Part shown: positions 25,640 to 25,764 of the stretch, one piece after another
Numbering within the stretch: the first letter of the stretch is position 1
Layout: every line of letters begins with the position of its first letter
DNA from: Candidatus Omnitrophota bacterium
GTDB lineage: Bacteria > Omnitrophota > Gorgyraeia > DTHP01
Length of the DNA stretch: 25,764 nucleotides
Reading direction: 5' to 3'
Assembly (NCBI GenBank): GCA_050252475.1
Contig: JBFWKV010000001.1
Coordinates: forward strand, 1-25,764
The notes under the pieces: generated by a model
Seen by the model: the letters and a program-made list of their open reading frames with translations, nothing else
Databases searched by the model: none
Told to the model about the DNA's origin: nothing
Program-made: the position numbers and the translations under genes

Positions 25640-25747
25640 TCCACGACACAGACTTCGCCGAAAATCCCAGAATCCTTGCGCTGCCTCCGGTGACTTCGGC
25701 GGATTCACTTGATTATAATATACCGTGTTACCTTTAACATCCACGAC
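25640..25747. other. GC-rich imperfect stem-loop flanked by 8-bp direct repeats, upstream of the first gene
   Basis: CGCCGAA (25656-25662) / TTCGGCG (25695-25701) stem, extendable to 10 of 12 pairs. TCCACGAC occurs at 25640 and 25740. Confidence 0.4.
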
Positions 25748-25764
25748 GAAAAATGTCTTATCAT

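Noticed and set aside
25556-25744. 62-aa ORF upstream of the GT gene
   Set aside because: No RBS or recognisable domain, and it runs through the hairpin element; it cannot be supported as a gene from this window.

Overview
AT-rich bacterial window; every credible gene is on the minus strand. Lineage cannot be determined from sequence alone. The right three quarters (6071-25529) holds 11 consecutive genes, mostly homologs of normally cytoplasmic sugar-phosphate and nucleotide enzymes: a Cgs/OpgH-like glucan synthase, a cupin, a Nudix hydrolase, a Gmk-like protein, a UPF0489 protein, a truncated PPDK, a ChaN/EreA-fold protein, PGM, PGI, NagB and PRPP synthetase. Each has an N-terminal leader with a hydrophobic stretch followed by a conserved hydrophobic-R-R-x-[K/R] motif. 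The RR follows the hydrophobic region, so this is not a Tat signal. Several cargo enzymes are remodelled: the PGM metal-binding loop sits about 135 residues downstream of its usual position, the Gmk Walker A lysine is Gln, PPDK is frameshifted and truncated, and the PRS has a duplicated N-domain plus a palindromic DNA repeat inserted in frame in its leader. The left quarter has a separate promoter and three signal-peptide proteins without the RR motif, including a 1690-aa protein with a hydrophobic C-terminus. Best hypothesis (inference): a dedicated export or host-targeting signal delivering a metabolic-effector arsenal, as might suit a predatory or host-dependent bacterium. No rRNA, tRNA, CRISPR array or transposase was seen.
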